Shown: positions 1-13,183, counted from the whole stretch's first letter. The stretch: 63,061 nucleotides of DNA, filler included, from Pelomyxa schiedti (GCA_020536535.1; 18 parts of 18 records of this genome joined end to end with filler, not necessarily neighbours in it); one strand, 5' to 3'. Numbers and translations: made by a program. Notes: a model not told the origin generated them from the sequence alone.

Positions 1-14
1 ACACACACAACCAG

Positions 15-638
15 GAGCGGAAATTCGTGATGGCGGCCAGCTCCCCAATCGAGAAGAAGACCTGGGTCAACTCAATCAAAGACGCATGCAACACCCACAA
101 ACGAGCCCTCCAGCTACAAAAACAATCCAGCATGATCTCCCTCACCTCTCCATCTCCAACTCAACAACCACAGCCACAGCCACAGCCACAGCAGCAGCCC
201 CCTGCCAACGCCCTCACCACAAGCTCCAGCTCCAACAATCTCCTCATAACCAAAGGGGCCGGGACCACCCAGCAACAATCCCAGGCTGCCTCCTCCCCTG
301 CCAGCCCCACTACCGCACCACCACCACCAACAAGTGCACCCACCACCCCCGCCGCCCCCACGCCTGTGCTCACGCGGCAGGCCACCGTCGCTGTGCTCCC
401 GCCCCCGCCCCCCGTCCCCGCTCCCTCCCCTTCCCCTTCGTCCCCTTCCCTGTCGCCCTCAGCCTCACCTCTGACAACATCGGCATCGTCATCATCATCC
501 ATCAGACAACAACAACCACCACCATCATCGTCGGCACACAAACCAACAGCAACGGGGGCACCAGGCACGGCCACACCCCCTACGCCGCGCAGCCCTGCGC
601 TGTTACCGGCTTCGACAAAACAGGTGAAAAGAGACTGA
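15..638 (+). CDS. 3' terminal exon of a PH-domain protein with Pro/Ser/Gln-rich tail (5' partial)
   Basis: After an acceptor (accag, ending 14) the frame reads ERKFVMAASSPIEKKTWVNSIKDAC, typical of the PH last strand plus Trp-containing helix. A low-complexity tail follows to TGA at 636-638. Confidence 0.7.
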   Translation, partial: ERKFVMAASSPIEKKTWVNSIKDACNTHKRALQLQKQSSMISLTSPSPTQQPQPQPQPQQQPPANALTTSSSSNNLLITKGAGTTQQQSQAASSPASPTTAPPPPTSAPTTPAAPTPVLTRQATVAVLPPPPPVPAPSPSPSSPSLSPSASPLTTSASSSSSIRQQQPPPSSSAHKPTATGAPGTATPPTPRSPALLPASTKQVKRD

Positions 639-900
639 GCAAGACGAAACAGAACCCCAGGACATAAAGTCCCATAATGTAGCTTGTACCGTCACTATGT
701 GTAACACACGTGTTTTTAAGGACGGCGCGACTCTGGTAGGGCTGATCTCCAACCGGCAATATTACGAACGAAGCCTTAACACCCTCGCTTTTTTGTTCTT
801 TCTTCGTGGCTAGATCTCGCCTTGCTTTCGTTTTCAAGGAAAGAAGAGAACCAAAGAAAAACCAACACTTTCATCGTTGGCGGGTGGGTTGTCGTGTGAG

Positions 901-3021
901 ATGGGGGATGTCGCCGATGCAGGAGGTACGTACGCAATCATTAGATCTGTTTGGCGTTTTACGGCCGTTGTTCTCGTTCTAGTTTGAGCACTTTTTTGTG
1001 CAAACTAAAAAATAAATAATAACCGAAACGATGTGTGTGGGACAACAACCAACTATTGCACATAGCAGCGAGCGTAGGCACCACTATAACACTTCCGGCT
1101 ATAATCGCGACGGCTACGGCGACTACTTCTATAACGTCGTATAGCGGCGGCACACCTGACGACAGCCACAATCACGCGTCGGATGACGACGCTGGAGACA
1201 GTGACAGCATTGTCATTACCGTTGCCAAAGCAAACACAACTCATGCGAGGCACGCGAGATTGAAGCTGGAGGACCCTGACGAGGACAGCAGCGATGTGGT
1301 CATGGTAAACGCGGTGGAGCCCGTCGACCCAAAACTCCTCAAGGAGAAGCAGGTTCTAATTGCTTTATCTGGCGAAAACACGATATTAATTTGCACATCA
1401 AATTACAACGCAAATGAAGTTCACAATTGGGGGAAAAAAAGGAGAAAGAAGCGAACGCCACAAGACGTCTGACACAGCTGAGAACGTCTGCTTTGCACGT
1501 TAGTACAGATTTTTCCGTTCAAGTCAACACTTCGGGCATCTTTGACAAGCTTCCAGGTGTGATATTTACTGTTGTATCTCCAACTAACAAATACAGACGA
1601 ACTTGTAATAAAAATTCTCACACTCACCAATTTGCGAACGATTGGTAAAATTTCTCAGGTAGACTTCTTAGTAAACTAGCTGACTTAAACACACCCAGAC
1701 ATGCTCTCGTATGTATGCCTTGGCATGGGATCCTGGTCTCTGGAACTTCATCGCCAAAAAGAGAAATTGGTCGGAAAAGCAAACGAAAGCCTTTTACATC
1801 TCCGAGTAAGTAATTTCTATGGACACTGCTAGAGGTTAAAGTTCTAAACAGGTTTAAGAAAGCGAAACAACGCAAGGAAGACGCCAAGCGGGCGAAAATA
1901 CAAGCGGAAATTAGAAGAAAGGCGGAAGTGGGTTTCCTTTATCTCATTCTTCACAATGACATTCTCGACTGTAGGCCAAAAAACGCCGAGCGAAGAACTA
2001 TGTCATTGCCGCCTCATCTCGTCTATGGGAGTGGCTATATATCTGCATCGGATTGTATTTCCTGATTACCTTGGTCCTCAAGTTGGAATCAGTTATTGAT
2101 TGGCCCTGGATAGCTATTGCGGGTCCAGTTTTAGCTTGTTTTGTTCACATTTATTTCTTTATTTCGGTATGCGAGTCCCTTCTTATATTTCACAAATGAC
2201 CTTCTTTTTAGCTATACATAGGGATGAAGGTGAAATACGAAATACCTGACATTGAGCCATCAGAAGGAGATTGCTATACACCAATTTTCAACAGTCTCTG
2301 GTTCCAAGGTTTTACTATGGCTACTAAGTTAAATTCCGACTGTAATATAGGCGTTGAAAACGACGATTGCGGTCAACGCTGTTCCTGTTTCAGCCCTATT
2401 TTTGTTACGTTACCGTTTCAGATTATGCTGTTTATCTGGTTAGTTGGTGGGGAGGACGACCTTTTCCCTAGATGGATTTTGCCGATTCCTCTTCATCTTC
2501 TATCCGCATACCTGATGGTGCTACCTGGATGTGCAGGCGTGCACTGTGGCAAAAGATCCTGGAAGCAGCTTGTTTGGCAGCAACTGACCGTTGGAGGTAT
2601 GCAAGCGTTCTTTGGGAGTTCACAATAAGCTCACCGTAACACAGCAATACTGCTCAGTATTTTCCTCTGTCTACTGTCAATCAAGTTAGCCGACCCAGGA
2701 GGCCCAATTGCGTGGATCGGGGTTCTTTCACCCATGATAACACTGCAACTGTGGCTTGTGGCCTGCCCGCTACTCATATGCACAGGCCAAATATGTTGTA
2801 TCAACATGCACGGGGATGACTCTCTGCTATTTGGGGGGTGGATTGTTGGCGCCATATGTGTTGGGACCCTGGTCCTGGCGTTTGAGTTTATGCTAGCCAT
2901 GACCCTTGACGGGACCCGGGACTACCAGTGGAGCATCATCATGGTGCCGTGGTATATAATAGCAGTAGCACTGGTCATAGGCGCCATATTCACCAACCTG
3001 GTGTTATTCTTTGACGACTGA
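901..3021 (+). CDS. Multi-pass membrane protein, TMEM185/FAM11-like (spliced)
   Basis: Repeated TM hairpins with the family pattern: LKLESVIDWPWIAIAGP, IKLADPGGPIAWIGVLSPM, LAMTLDGTRDYQWSIIMVPWYII. Short GT-AG introns. Start codon inferred. Confidence 0.65.
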
Positions 3022-3547
3022 GCAAACACAAATACACATACATAAGGCACACGCAACAGAATCCCACCAACACACAAACACACCAAAGTAGCATCAGTAA
3101 TAGCAAAAAAAAAACTTTTTTCTCTGTTGTAGTTTCGCGTAATCAGTACGTTTTCACTTTGCCGCGCTTGGTGTGAAAAGGGGCGACGAGAGGTACCAAT
3201 GACTGACGAGACTTGTGATTGAGGAGTCATTGAGGCCATAGAATTCTATTATGGGTGTGTGCACGTGTCAAAGTGGTAGCTGCGCACTTTTTTTTTTTTT
3301 GAGGCTATGACTGTGACCAATTATTCTAGTTTCGCAAACACAACTTGCACAGATCTGCGGCACGACTGCTGCACGTATCACCGCGTTTTCGGGCTGTTTA
3401 ACGCGATCTCGCAATCTCTGTAAGTAATGTAGCAGCGGGCACCCTTGCGGTTTTTTTTCTTTTTTCCCCTTTTTTCCCTTTTTCTTAATTTCTATTTACT
3501 GTTTAGACGCTGGCTTTATCGAATTGTGCATCGCGCAAGTCAGAAAT

Positions 3548-6500
3548 ATGGAACAAGACACTTCGTTCATAAACAGTAGTAGCGCGAGTGCTGTCTATGC
3601 ACCAACATCGTTGGTTTCTGTTGCGAAGCTCTTTTGGAATAATAAGTTCCTCTGTACTATCGATGTTCAGAGAGATGCCTCCCTGGCTGTTACTGTGTAT
3701 GTTTTTATTCTATGTTCAACTTGGAAGTTGTTCTAGCACCTGATAACTTGATGTAGGCCTTCTGAACTCCGATTCTATGAAGCTGACGTGAAAGGTGTAG
3801 CACCAACCGACACCATATGCAGGCTTACTGTATGCCTCTATTGCTTTCAAGTTTTGATTGTAAAAAAGATTAAACCTTCTGTGACGGCCTCGAGTACTGA
3901 AAGAGATCATTTTTTTGGGTTCCTTCAGCATGTTATCTTTCATGGATGTAATCCAAAATATCCACGAGCAGAACCCAAGGTACAAACCACCCCTTGATAT
4001 TGGCTCATTTGCAAAGCACATTGTCCACTCGTTCCCTGGATTTGGGAAATGTTACATATACCCACCGAGCCAGGCCTTTCAGCGTGATGATTCTGTGACT
4101 TTTATGCTACAACCTGCCTCTGAGCAGTACTGACCTTTTCCCTTCAACGATGTCTCTAACTGTTTCTTCAAGCTCCCTGTCAGCACACCCCAGCTTCTTA
4201 GAGTCCAACGCACGAACCACCCACAGATGGGTACTTGGGGCTATAGCTGAATTGGTTTTAAAGTTCTGGCTTCTAAATCCATCTTACATGTCCTTTTAGA
4301 TTGATAACTCTGTTGATGCCTTGGCAAAACAAATTAACATAGATTGGAATGAGGAATTTGAGACACCGGTTGTTATGATAACAGATAATGGAAGGGGGAT
4401 GACTCCTGGGGAAATGCATGGTAACTTCTTGTTAAGGTAAGTGTTTTAATACCATTAAGGCTTGTTCCAGTTCGGGCGTCCGCAAACGAATGACAAAATT
4501 CAGATTGGGCGTTTTGGTATAGGATTCAAAACAGGTTATTGTAGTTACATGGTGGCTCTAATGTAAACCTAGGGTCCATGAGAATTTCTAGTGATGCCAT
4601 TGTGTTTTCTTTGACACCTGAAACTGCATCAATTGGAATACTGTCAACCTCCTTAAATGCAAGCAGTATGGCAGTAACAACACCAATAGTCACTTTTTGG
4701 TACGTCATTTCGTCATCTCCTCGTTCGTTCACATCCCCTCAGCCGTTCTACCATGGCGATTGACCCAAAATACCAACCCGATATAGAAGCCAAAGAGACT
4801 TTAGACAAGATATTCCAAGTGTCACCTGTTAAAACCAACATTGGGATTGGGTTGATTTTCGGAAAGATTCACTCCTTGTCCCAGGTAATCCCCTTTTTCA
4901 ATTTCATCCTGACAAGATTTGTGTATCCAATGTGGATAATCAACCTTCGTCAGGGAACCAACACACATGGTGGAACTGGCACTTGCGTAATGCTCTTTAA
5001 TCTCCATAAGAGCCTTGCCGAACCAACCCAACTTGAACTGATGCACGTTGAAGATAAACATGACATCCAAGTCAGGCCTGTCAAGGGGAAGTACTTGTCA
5101 AACAGGAGAGGGGTACAGATGTTAAATAAATAGCAGTGTAATTAATAATGAAGCGTTTCTAAGTTTTCCAAGATAGGAGACACCAAAGTGCCCCTTGATA
5201 TTTCCTTGAGAGAATACTGTTCCATCCTTTACCTAATGCCATCATCGATTATCTACATTTGTGGCAAAAAAGTAGAAACAATACCTGTGCACACTAGTCT
5301 CAGCAAAGTAAAGCGAATCAAATCCACAATAGCTGACATAGGAAATCTGAGTCTAGGGTTTGTGTCTACTTGTCTCGAAGCTCTCTAATACTCAAAAGAT
5401 ACAATTCAAGTGATAAAGAAAGGGGACTGAGTGGTTTTCACATCTACTGGCACAACCGGCTATGCAGCTCCTGTAGTTTTATTTCCACTTTTCTGTGTAT
5501 TAAGTGTTGCACAGACTATAAAGTGGGATCACTCGACTCAAAAGCGTCTTATATAGAGAGAGGAAATGGCTTAATTGGAGTGGTTAACGCAAATGGTCTT
5601 GAGCCCCTAAACAACAAGCAAGGTTTCAATGAAGATGCTACTTTTGCCTCTTTGGAGGAATGGTTATCTAAAGAGGTAAGGCAAGTCAGTTGGGTTTACC
5701 TGCTCTAAACCACACTCAGGTAGAAAAGTTCTTGGAGGAGCATGAAGCGGACTATGAGCAACTTCCCACCGACAGGAAACTTCTTGCACCAGATAATACC
5801 TGGGTGCAGTGCAACCGTTGTTTGAAATGGCGAAGGCATCCTCAGAAAAATCCTGTGCTACCGGAGCAGTGGTTTTGCTTTCTTAATCCAGATAAACAGT
5901 TCAATAGTTGTCAAGTACCACTCTACCTCTTCCCTTTCTTTCCTCAACCTCATTGCAGAAACCCCAAGAGGACGATTCATCTGACCAAACCGTGGGTTAC
6001 TTGAACACCTCCCTCACCTCCCACAACAGAAAATCACCGCCATCGTCTCCGCCATCAACATCCTCCACAACAACACCACAACAACAAGCGCGACCGCAAA
6101 AACCCAGTGCATCAGTCACCTACGTAACAGACAACACCACATCCACCTCAACCACTAGCAGCCGGAAACGAATCCCAGACCGGGAGATAGCAGCCCTGTT
6201 CCCACTGCCCCTTCCTCAACCTTGCCCAACCAAGAAGAACAAGCCCGCGGCCCCAACCACCTCATCCATCATCAGCACCCCTTCTCCCTCCTCATCCTCG
6301 TCGTTGTCCCCCCCGCAGCCATCAACATCCACCATTATAACGAGATCCACAACAGCCGCAGCAGCCTCCGCGGCAACAGCAGAAACACAAACTAGTACCA
6401 GTAGTACAGGAGCCGGCATCCCCGCGGAGGTTCCTACACCCGGTAACAATGATGATCAAGACAGTGACAATGGTGGTGGTGATACCTCACGTGACCGTTC

Positions 6501-6663
6501 ATCACCTTCGTCTTCTGGTGACTCTTCATCGTCCTCATCCTCGTCGTCGGAAGACAGTGATGAGGAGGCAGCACCAATAAAGAGGAGCAAGATAAAGAGG
6601 CCTGCATCATCAACAACCAAAAAGAAGAAGAATCCAACAAAGCCCAAGAGAACAAGAAGGTAA
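3548..6663 (+). CDS. MORC-family GHKL ATPase with CW-type zinc finger (spliced)
   Basis: Spliced translation gives SAHPSFLESN..WVLGAIAELIDNSVDA, ITDNGRGM, IGRFGIGFKTGSMRI, PLDISLREYCSILYL, GLIGVVNANGLEPLNNKQGF, then the CW finger TWVQCNRCLKWRR..WFCFLNPDKQFNSC and a basic NLS-like C-terminus. Confidence 0.92.
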
Positions 6664-6774
6664 CGTGCACCAACAGTGTTCAAAACAAAGTTGAAGAAAC
6701 AAAAGAATACTTTTTACTTTCCCTTTTTTTTATGTTTGAGCCCAATTTTAATTTAAGCCAGTCACATGATGGTA

Positions 6775-9700
6775 TCAGGTACTCTTCATTTCCACAGTGG
6801 GGATATTCTTTGTGTAGCTGACCCACTCATAGTTCCACCCACGGGACACACAGCCCTCAACAAGTAGGTCCCTGACAAAGGGTCCTGCTCCCCACATAGG
6901 GAGGCACACCCTCTTTAGGGTGCATTCAGGGTGGCCTGTCCACCGCTCATGTGCCGCGGTGATGGCATCCCACACCCAGTCCATTCTGTTCCCAAAGGCT
7001 CCGGCGCCTACCGGAACAAGGAACAGCTGGGTTCGCTTGTTGAGTATTGCCGATACATAGGCTCCATCAAAGGCTGCTTGTAGAACAAGCCGGCACTGTC
7101 CGGGCGTTAGGGTCAAGGTGGGAAGTTTTGTTTCGGTACCTTTTGTTCTATGTTGGGGGAAGCGGCATTGCCTTGACCGGTTGGTCCTTGTGCTATATTT
7201 ACGGCGGCACAGAATACCTTTTGGAAGTTAGCAACTTTCAAGAAGGTGCTGTTGAGTGAGATTACCTGGTCAACGTGCTGGGAGGGGTCGCCAAGGGGGT
7301 AATCAAATCCAACAGAGGATGAAAAAACGACCTGAACATCTTTGTGCGAAGCTACTTGTACCTTGCCCAGCAGCTGGAGATACTCAGGCGTGTCCTTAGC
7401 AGGTAATGCACTGCTTGAGATGGTACTGGGTATTATAACATAGCCATTTTTTACAGGCAATTGGGCGGCAATATCGGGATGGCAGAGCAGATTTATCTGG
7501 CGATCGTCAGTTTGGGTCCACTCAGAGGTAGGTTTTGTGGGAGAAGCAAATGCTGCATAAACTCTGGCGATTGCAGCTGTTTCAAGATTACATAGGATAA
7601 AGAAATAGATATAAAAAAAGGAAACCTGCTGCAGCGCTTATTGAAGCTGCTGGACCCTGTGTCTTATCGAAAATATAGTCCTCTTTTGTAACCATAAATA
7701 TTTATAGAGTCAATAGACAAAGCATACCAGTGAAGCTTTCAGTCGTAGGTGAAGACTCCTCAGAGATTGCTAGAAGGTGTTAGAGAAGTATTCTTAATGC
7801 AGAAGCAACCTTCTAACGCATTGAAATTTGATGCCACTTGGAAAACGGCATTTTTGTTGGCAGGATTTGCTTGGAGAGCTGCAACGTCAACCTGTGGTAC
7901 TGACTCCTGAAGGGGAATCGGTAACCAAAAAAAAGGAAGCAACTACAAACTGCATCGGTCCTTGTGACAATTGAGAATATCGTGGAACTCTTACTCGTTG
8001 GCGGGACAGGCTTGGGCCAACCCCCCAGCTTGTCCACCAATTTTGAAAGGTATTCAACTTCCAACTTGCCGCAATGGAACTCAACAGCAGCTTTTGGGTT
8101 TGTGATCGTTTCCCAAGTTGTTATTCCACTAGCGCTGGCTGCTTGTGAGCCACTGACACGCAACGACCCAGTAAGTCTGCGTCGCAGAATAAGAGAGCCA
8201 TCCTCCAAAAGCCGGAATGGAGGAGGCTGCGTTGTAGCATTAGGAGTGCTGGGAGTTGGTTCAGAGTGATATGTGCGAAAACTGGTTTCTCCGCATCCTG
8301 TGACAAAGGAGAACCAAGCCTCGGCTGGAACAGTTGGAGGGCGTACTTGCGTCACAGTAGGTGAGGGAGGGAGTGCGGGTGATGACACCGGGGATGGGGC
8401 GGGGGACGGGGATGGGGAAGGGGAAGGAGAAGGGGAGGGTGATGAAGGAGACTGTGATGGTGCCGAAGCTGAAGTACTGATGATAGGTGGTCCATTTCTT
8501 CTAATAATGTATTTGGGTTTTTCAGTACTTGGTGCTGTGACTGTCACTGATGGCGTTGGGGTCACTGGCGGTGATGGTGCTGTTGCCGGGGTGGGAGTTA
8601 CAGCTGCGGTAGGTGTAGTGGCTACTGTTGCAGAAGGTGTAGCTACTGTAACTGAGGGTGTGGCTAGTGGTTGTAGAATAGGTGAAGGGGATTTTGGGGC
8701 AGAGGGTGAAGGAGCAAGCGTGGGAGATGGTTCCTTTTCATCTTTTCTTTTGTGATGGTGGTGATGCTTCTTCTCCTTCTTGGGTTCAGCCGTGATCGTG
8801 GGCAACTCTGCAACTGGCATCATTGGGAGAGTGGGAGTTGTGTTGAGGGGAGGGGAATGACTGGACTTCTTTTTCTTGTGATGTGTGTGCTCTTCAGTAG
8901 GAAGAAGAGGTTCTTGAACGGGTTTGGATACAGGGAGTGGACCAATACTCTGTGCCTGCCAACCACCAGGGGTGGAGTGAGTAAAAGTTGCAGGTTGGTG
9001 GAGGGCTGAAAGTCCCCCACCGGGTTGAGAGTGGCGAAATGGAGCAGGCGCTTGTGGGGTATCAAAATGGAGAACAGGAGGGGTGCTGATTTGTACCCCA
9101 TCACCTGGTTTTGAGACTTTGAAAGGAGCAGGACCTTTGACAGGAGGCGTGGATAAAGGTGCAGAATTTCGAAACGGGATGTTGTGGATATCATCTAAGG
9201 TTTCACTGAATGAAGTGTGTGAGGCGTTGTAATATATCACTTTTGACGCCTCAGGTTGTGGGGTGGGCTGGGGAGTTGGAGTTGGCTGGGGGGTTGGCTG
9301 TGGAGGTTGTGGAGGAGGAATCTGAGGACTTGGTTTTTGTTGGGGAACTACAACAGTAAAAGGAACATTGTATGTTTCATCACGTGTATCCCGGTAATTT
9401 GTACCACTTTTGTCAAAGTAGACCTGTTTTGTAACAGTCCCAACCTTGGGTTTTAGTACCAGCTTCTTCACTTTTATTGGTGGTCGGTTTACAGAAATTT
9501 GCACATCCTTTGTGACAGGCATGAAATGGATGGTAGTAGGTTGCTCACTAAAGGATGTTTTGCCTAGATCGTAATATACAAGCTTTTGAACAGTTTTCAG
9601 TTCAGGAGGCCTACTCTCTTCAACTTCTATCTCCTCGTACTCATCTCCATCTATGTTGACAGTAGAAAGAACGGTTGGCGGAGGAGACGGTACTCTAGCA

Positions 9701-10222
9701 GGGTTAACTGCCGCAACAGATGATACATTAGTAGTCGGACTAACAGTAGGAATCTCGATAGTCCCTAGATATAAGAGAAGCAAAAAAAAAAAAAAAAAGC
9801 CCGATATAAGAATATCGCCAGTACTGCAATAACAAACCTGGAATGAAATGTGTGGTAGTAGGAGTATCCCTGTAAGAGGACCTTGCAGCATCATAATAAA
9901 CCCTCTTTGTAGTCACCTTTGGCTCTTCCACAGGGGGCGGCGGCGGTGGCATAGCCGGCATCGGCATGGGAATTGTGGGAGGAGGCTCCTCGTGTTGTTG
10001 CGGGGGGAAGAACGGCCGGGGCTGCTGGGGAATGTATTGATGTTGCATTGGGAATCCCGGCGGCGGAAACGTTTGCTGAGGGAATTGATACTGCTGTGGG
10101 TGGAAAATTATGGGAGGTGGGGTGATTGGGATGGTGATGGTGACCGGCAAAAAGTGTTGTGCCGTTGGCGTGTCACTGTATGACACCCTATTACGGTCAT
10201 AATACACCAATTTTTGCATCAT
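6775..10222 (-). CDS. Protein with five novel N-terminal repeats, Pro/Ser/Thr linker and C-terminal macrodomain-like domain (spliced)
   Basis: C-terminal motifs FQVASNFNALE, YIFDKTQGPAASIS, QVFCAAVN and LFLVPVGAGAFGN (a macro-type GxGxF loop). N-terminal repeats are described in findings. Confidence 0.7.
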
Positions 10223-10557
10223 TCTCCCTGCTCGGTATTTTTTTCGGTCGACAAAAAACAAAAATGTTTGAAAGCCTAAGGTCACTCCAGTCGTATTTCT
10301 GTTGTTGTTTTTTTTTTTCTTCACCAACGGGTAGGTGTCGACAACGGTCGCAGCACCAAAAAACCCCTTTTTTTCCGCTTTTTCCTTCTTCTCAGAAGAG
10401 TATTTTGAGAGTTGGGTTGCCTGGTTTGGCAATTTATCGAAGATTCAACTGCAACTTTAAGTTTTGAAGTTTGTTAGCCAAGAGGGATGCAGTGTTGGGT
10501 GATTGTCCATGGATTGTGCGGTGTGTGTGGAAGTTATTGGACAGACTGATTGGCTTG

Positions 10558-11699
10558 TTAGTGACCACCACGTTTGCCTCTGCCGCCACCTTTGCCGCCT
10601 CTTGTGGGTGTAGTAGTGGTTGTCGCGGTGGCTTCTGCACCAACCACATCGATTTGGAATGCACCCTTGGTGATTCTGTTCATCTCGGCAAGAAGGGAGT
10701 CATAGTCTCCAGGAACAAGTGAAATGGCCATGTTGCACCCTTCATCGGTGTATTGTTCTCTCTTTTTGTTGCAGGTTAAATTTTGTTTTTTTTGAAGATG
10801 GGAAGATACATTAACATGACAGTATCGTGCAATTACGCCAGCTGATGCACCCAGAAAGGCATGTGGGACAGATATTGTGGCCTCTATCTCTGACTTTTTG
10901 ACAGGCATAACCTATTCTACTATAAATACCGAATTTCCGGATAGACATTAACCTCAGGAAGTCTTTTAACAATGTCTGGTATTTGTCTATCAACTGGTAG
11001 ATCCGGATCAACATGAATCTAACGCAGGATGAGAACAGGTCGTTAATCAGAATTGTAAGACCTTCAAAGTCTCAAGTGCATTTTCAATTCTGGTTACCGG
11101 ATGAGGTGTTTTTGCCCGAGGATCGATGTAATACTAGTGTTTCTTTTCATTATATTCGGTGGATGGAACTAAGAGAAGAATACCTTGTGGATGTAGTTTA
11201 TGATTTCCCTTTTCTTTGCTTCAACTTTTTCCCGTCGTTGGTCAGCTGTAAGTTGAAATTCGCCCTTGGTGAGTATTACTTTGATGCAGTCAGTAACATT
11301 ATCTGTGAAAAACGGGCGTTAAACACTTTTCCGAGATAAACTATGAAAAAATCTCCACAAACCAGTCCCAAAAGCAGCTCTAAGGTCAGTGCCCTTTGCC
11401 TTCTCGCCCTTTTGCACATTCGTGAAAATCTCGTCAGCTGGAAAACGAAAAAAAGGCAATAAAAAAAGGGGCGTGAGCGCCATTTGCAACACAGCAGCAG
11501 TAAATTTGCAAAGGTTTTGCAAGCAACAACTTGGACTTTCTCCTTTTTATTTCACACAAGCGAACGCACCGAATAGAACTTTGTCTAACCCCAGGTTGCC
11601 CTCCCTGTACTTTGGCACCGTGCCCAACTTGGCCAGCACCTCGTACGTCACCTTGCCGTGCCTGTACCGCACAACTTGGTACGACGCTGACGCCGACAT
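10558..11699 (-). CDS. SBDS/Sdo1-family ribosome maturation protein (spliced)
   Basis: Spliced: MSASASYQVVRYRHGKVTYEVL..LDKVLFADEIFTNVQKGEKAKGTDLRAAFGTDN..ILTKGEFQLTADQRREKVEAKKREIINYIHKYYIDPRAKTPHPVTRIENAL. Confidence 0.92.
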
Positions 11700-11850
11700 C
11701 ACAGTGGTTTATTATTCTGACCCTTCACCTAATCAATCAGAAAACGCGTTTTGGAAAGAGGAAAAGCCCTTGGGTGGGTTCACCCTGATTCTTCTCATCT
11801 TTGATGAAACAGCAAGCCCAAGTGTGATGTATTGTGCTGTGACTAAGAGT

Positions 11851-13038
11851 TCACAAGAAGGAAACAGAACTTGTTGGGGGTGATGTCTCAAACGAGAGGA
11901 GTGGGGTGCCAGTCACAACATCGCACACTGAAACTCTCATGGGGTTTCTGACAATCACGGCTCCATTCTTCACAGCCTTTGGTCCCTGCGACCACCATCC
12001 CCACTTTCCAAGAACCACATCAGGGTGATTCTCACGAAGGTCATGCAGTGTGGTGCATTCAGCGCCATCTGTCGTGCAATACAATGACTGGCCAACGTGG
12101 AACACTCTTTTGGCATTGGCAAAGGTCCTGATCCGTGTGTTGCCACCAGTTTTTTGGAGCAAGACGAGGGGGACTGGTACCAATCCTGAGTCAAACGTGT
12201 ATAAATTCCCATGCCACGACCACGGAGTTTCCAATGCTGTCAACATCAAATCACAGAAAGATTTGGAGTAGCACATTTTCCTGGCAGTGTGAGAAGCTTC
12301 CAAGTCAACAAACAGCAGAGAATCCCACAGCGGACGCATCATAGCCAGTGTGTTGTCATCGACTGGAATCACATCGCCCACGATGGTCTCAAGTGGCATG
12401 GTAGTCGGCACATCATCTGTTGTCACGCAATTGACACACTGCGCGGCTTCGGATGGCAGCAAAGCATCCCTCACACTCTCCAGTCCCGGCACATCGATGC
12501 ACCACAGAATCAGGTACTCCTCTGTTACAATCATCAGCCACTTGGTTCCATGCAGAATTGCTTGGTCATACCGGCACAACTTGGAACTGACTTCACCAAC
12601 CACAGGGTGCCCATAAGCCCAAGTGTCGACCACAACAATTTTGCTTTCTCCGCTGCCGGCGTCGGTGATCTTTCGCACAACCAAGAACCTGTCGAGCCTC
12701 CCGACGAATCCAACGGGCGTGTCTCCGCCTTCGACGAAATGGAGGCAACCAGATCCTTGTGTCAGCCGATCGCTGGCGACGACGCCCAGGGTCGCCGATA
12801 TCGCGACGGGGACAGGGACCGAGGCCTGGTAGGTCCCCCTGGCGTTGCGTTGGTTGATCTGCGCGCACGCGACGAGCTGGCGTGCGGGGAACACGATCCA
12901 GTCGCGGCCGATGTGGGCCGCCGAGGCCTGCGTGAGGAAACGGACCGCGCTGCTGGCTCCGCACCGTCCCACAATCGCTCCTGCCGCAAATGCAACAAAC
13001 TGGCTCCGCGCGTCCAGGTGAACAACAACGCTGTTCAT
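11851..13038 (-). CDS. Intronless member of the lineage-specific 'ARxQ..RCG..S' module plus beta-propeller-like family
   Basis: MNSVVVHLDARSQFVAFAAGAIVGRCGASSAVRFL; internal HGTKWLMI; C-terminal VSVCDVVTGTPLLSF; uninterrupted ORF of about 395 aa. Confidence 0.8.
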   Translation of the reverse strand: MNSVVVHLDARSQFVAFAAGAIVGRCGASSAVRFLTQASAAHIGRDWIVFPARQLVACAQINQRNARGTYQASVPVPVAISATLGVVASDRLTQGSGCLHFVEGGDTPVGFVGRLDRFLVVRKITDAGSGESKIVVVDTWAYGHPVVGEVSSKLCRYDQAILHGTKWLMIVTEEYLILWCIDVPGLESVRDALLPSEAAQCVNCVTTDDVPTTMPLETIVGDVIPVDDNTLAMMRPLWDSLLFVDLEASHTARKMCYSKSFCDLMLTALETPWSWHGNLYTFDSGLVPVPLVLLQKTGGNTRIRTFANAKRVFHVGQSLYCTTDGAECTTLHDLRENHPDVVLGKWGWWSQGPKAVKNGAVIVRNPMRVSVCDVVTGTPLLSFETSPPTSSVSFL

Positions 13039-13183
13039 TACTTCGAAGCGTCGTGATTGAAAAGGTTCTTCTCCGAAAAACCAATCAACGCAATCAATGC
13101 GGGCCTTACGGCACAGTGAAGATGTGTAACTCACTCAGAGTTATCAAGTAATTGTGTTTTTTCAACATTAGTTAGTGTCAGGT

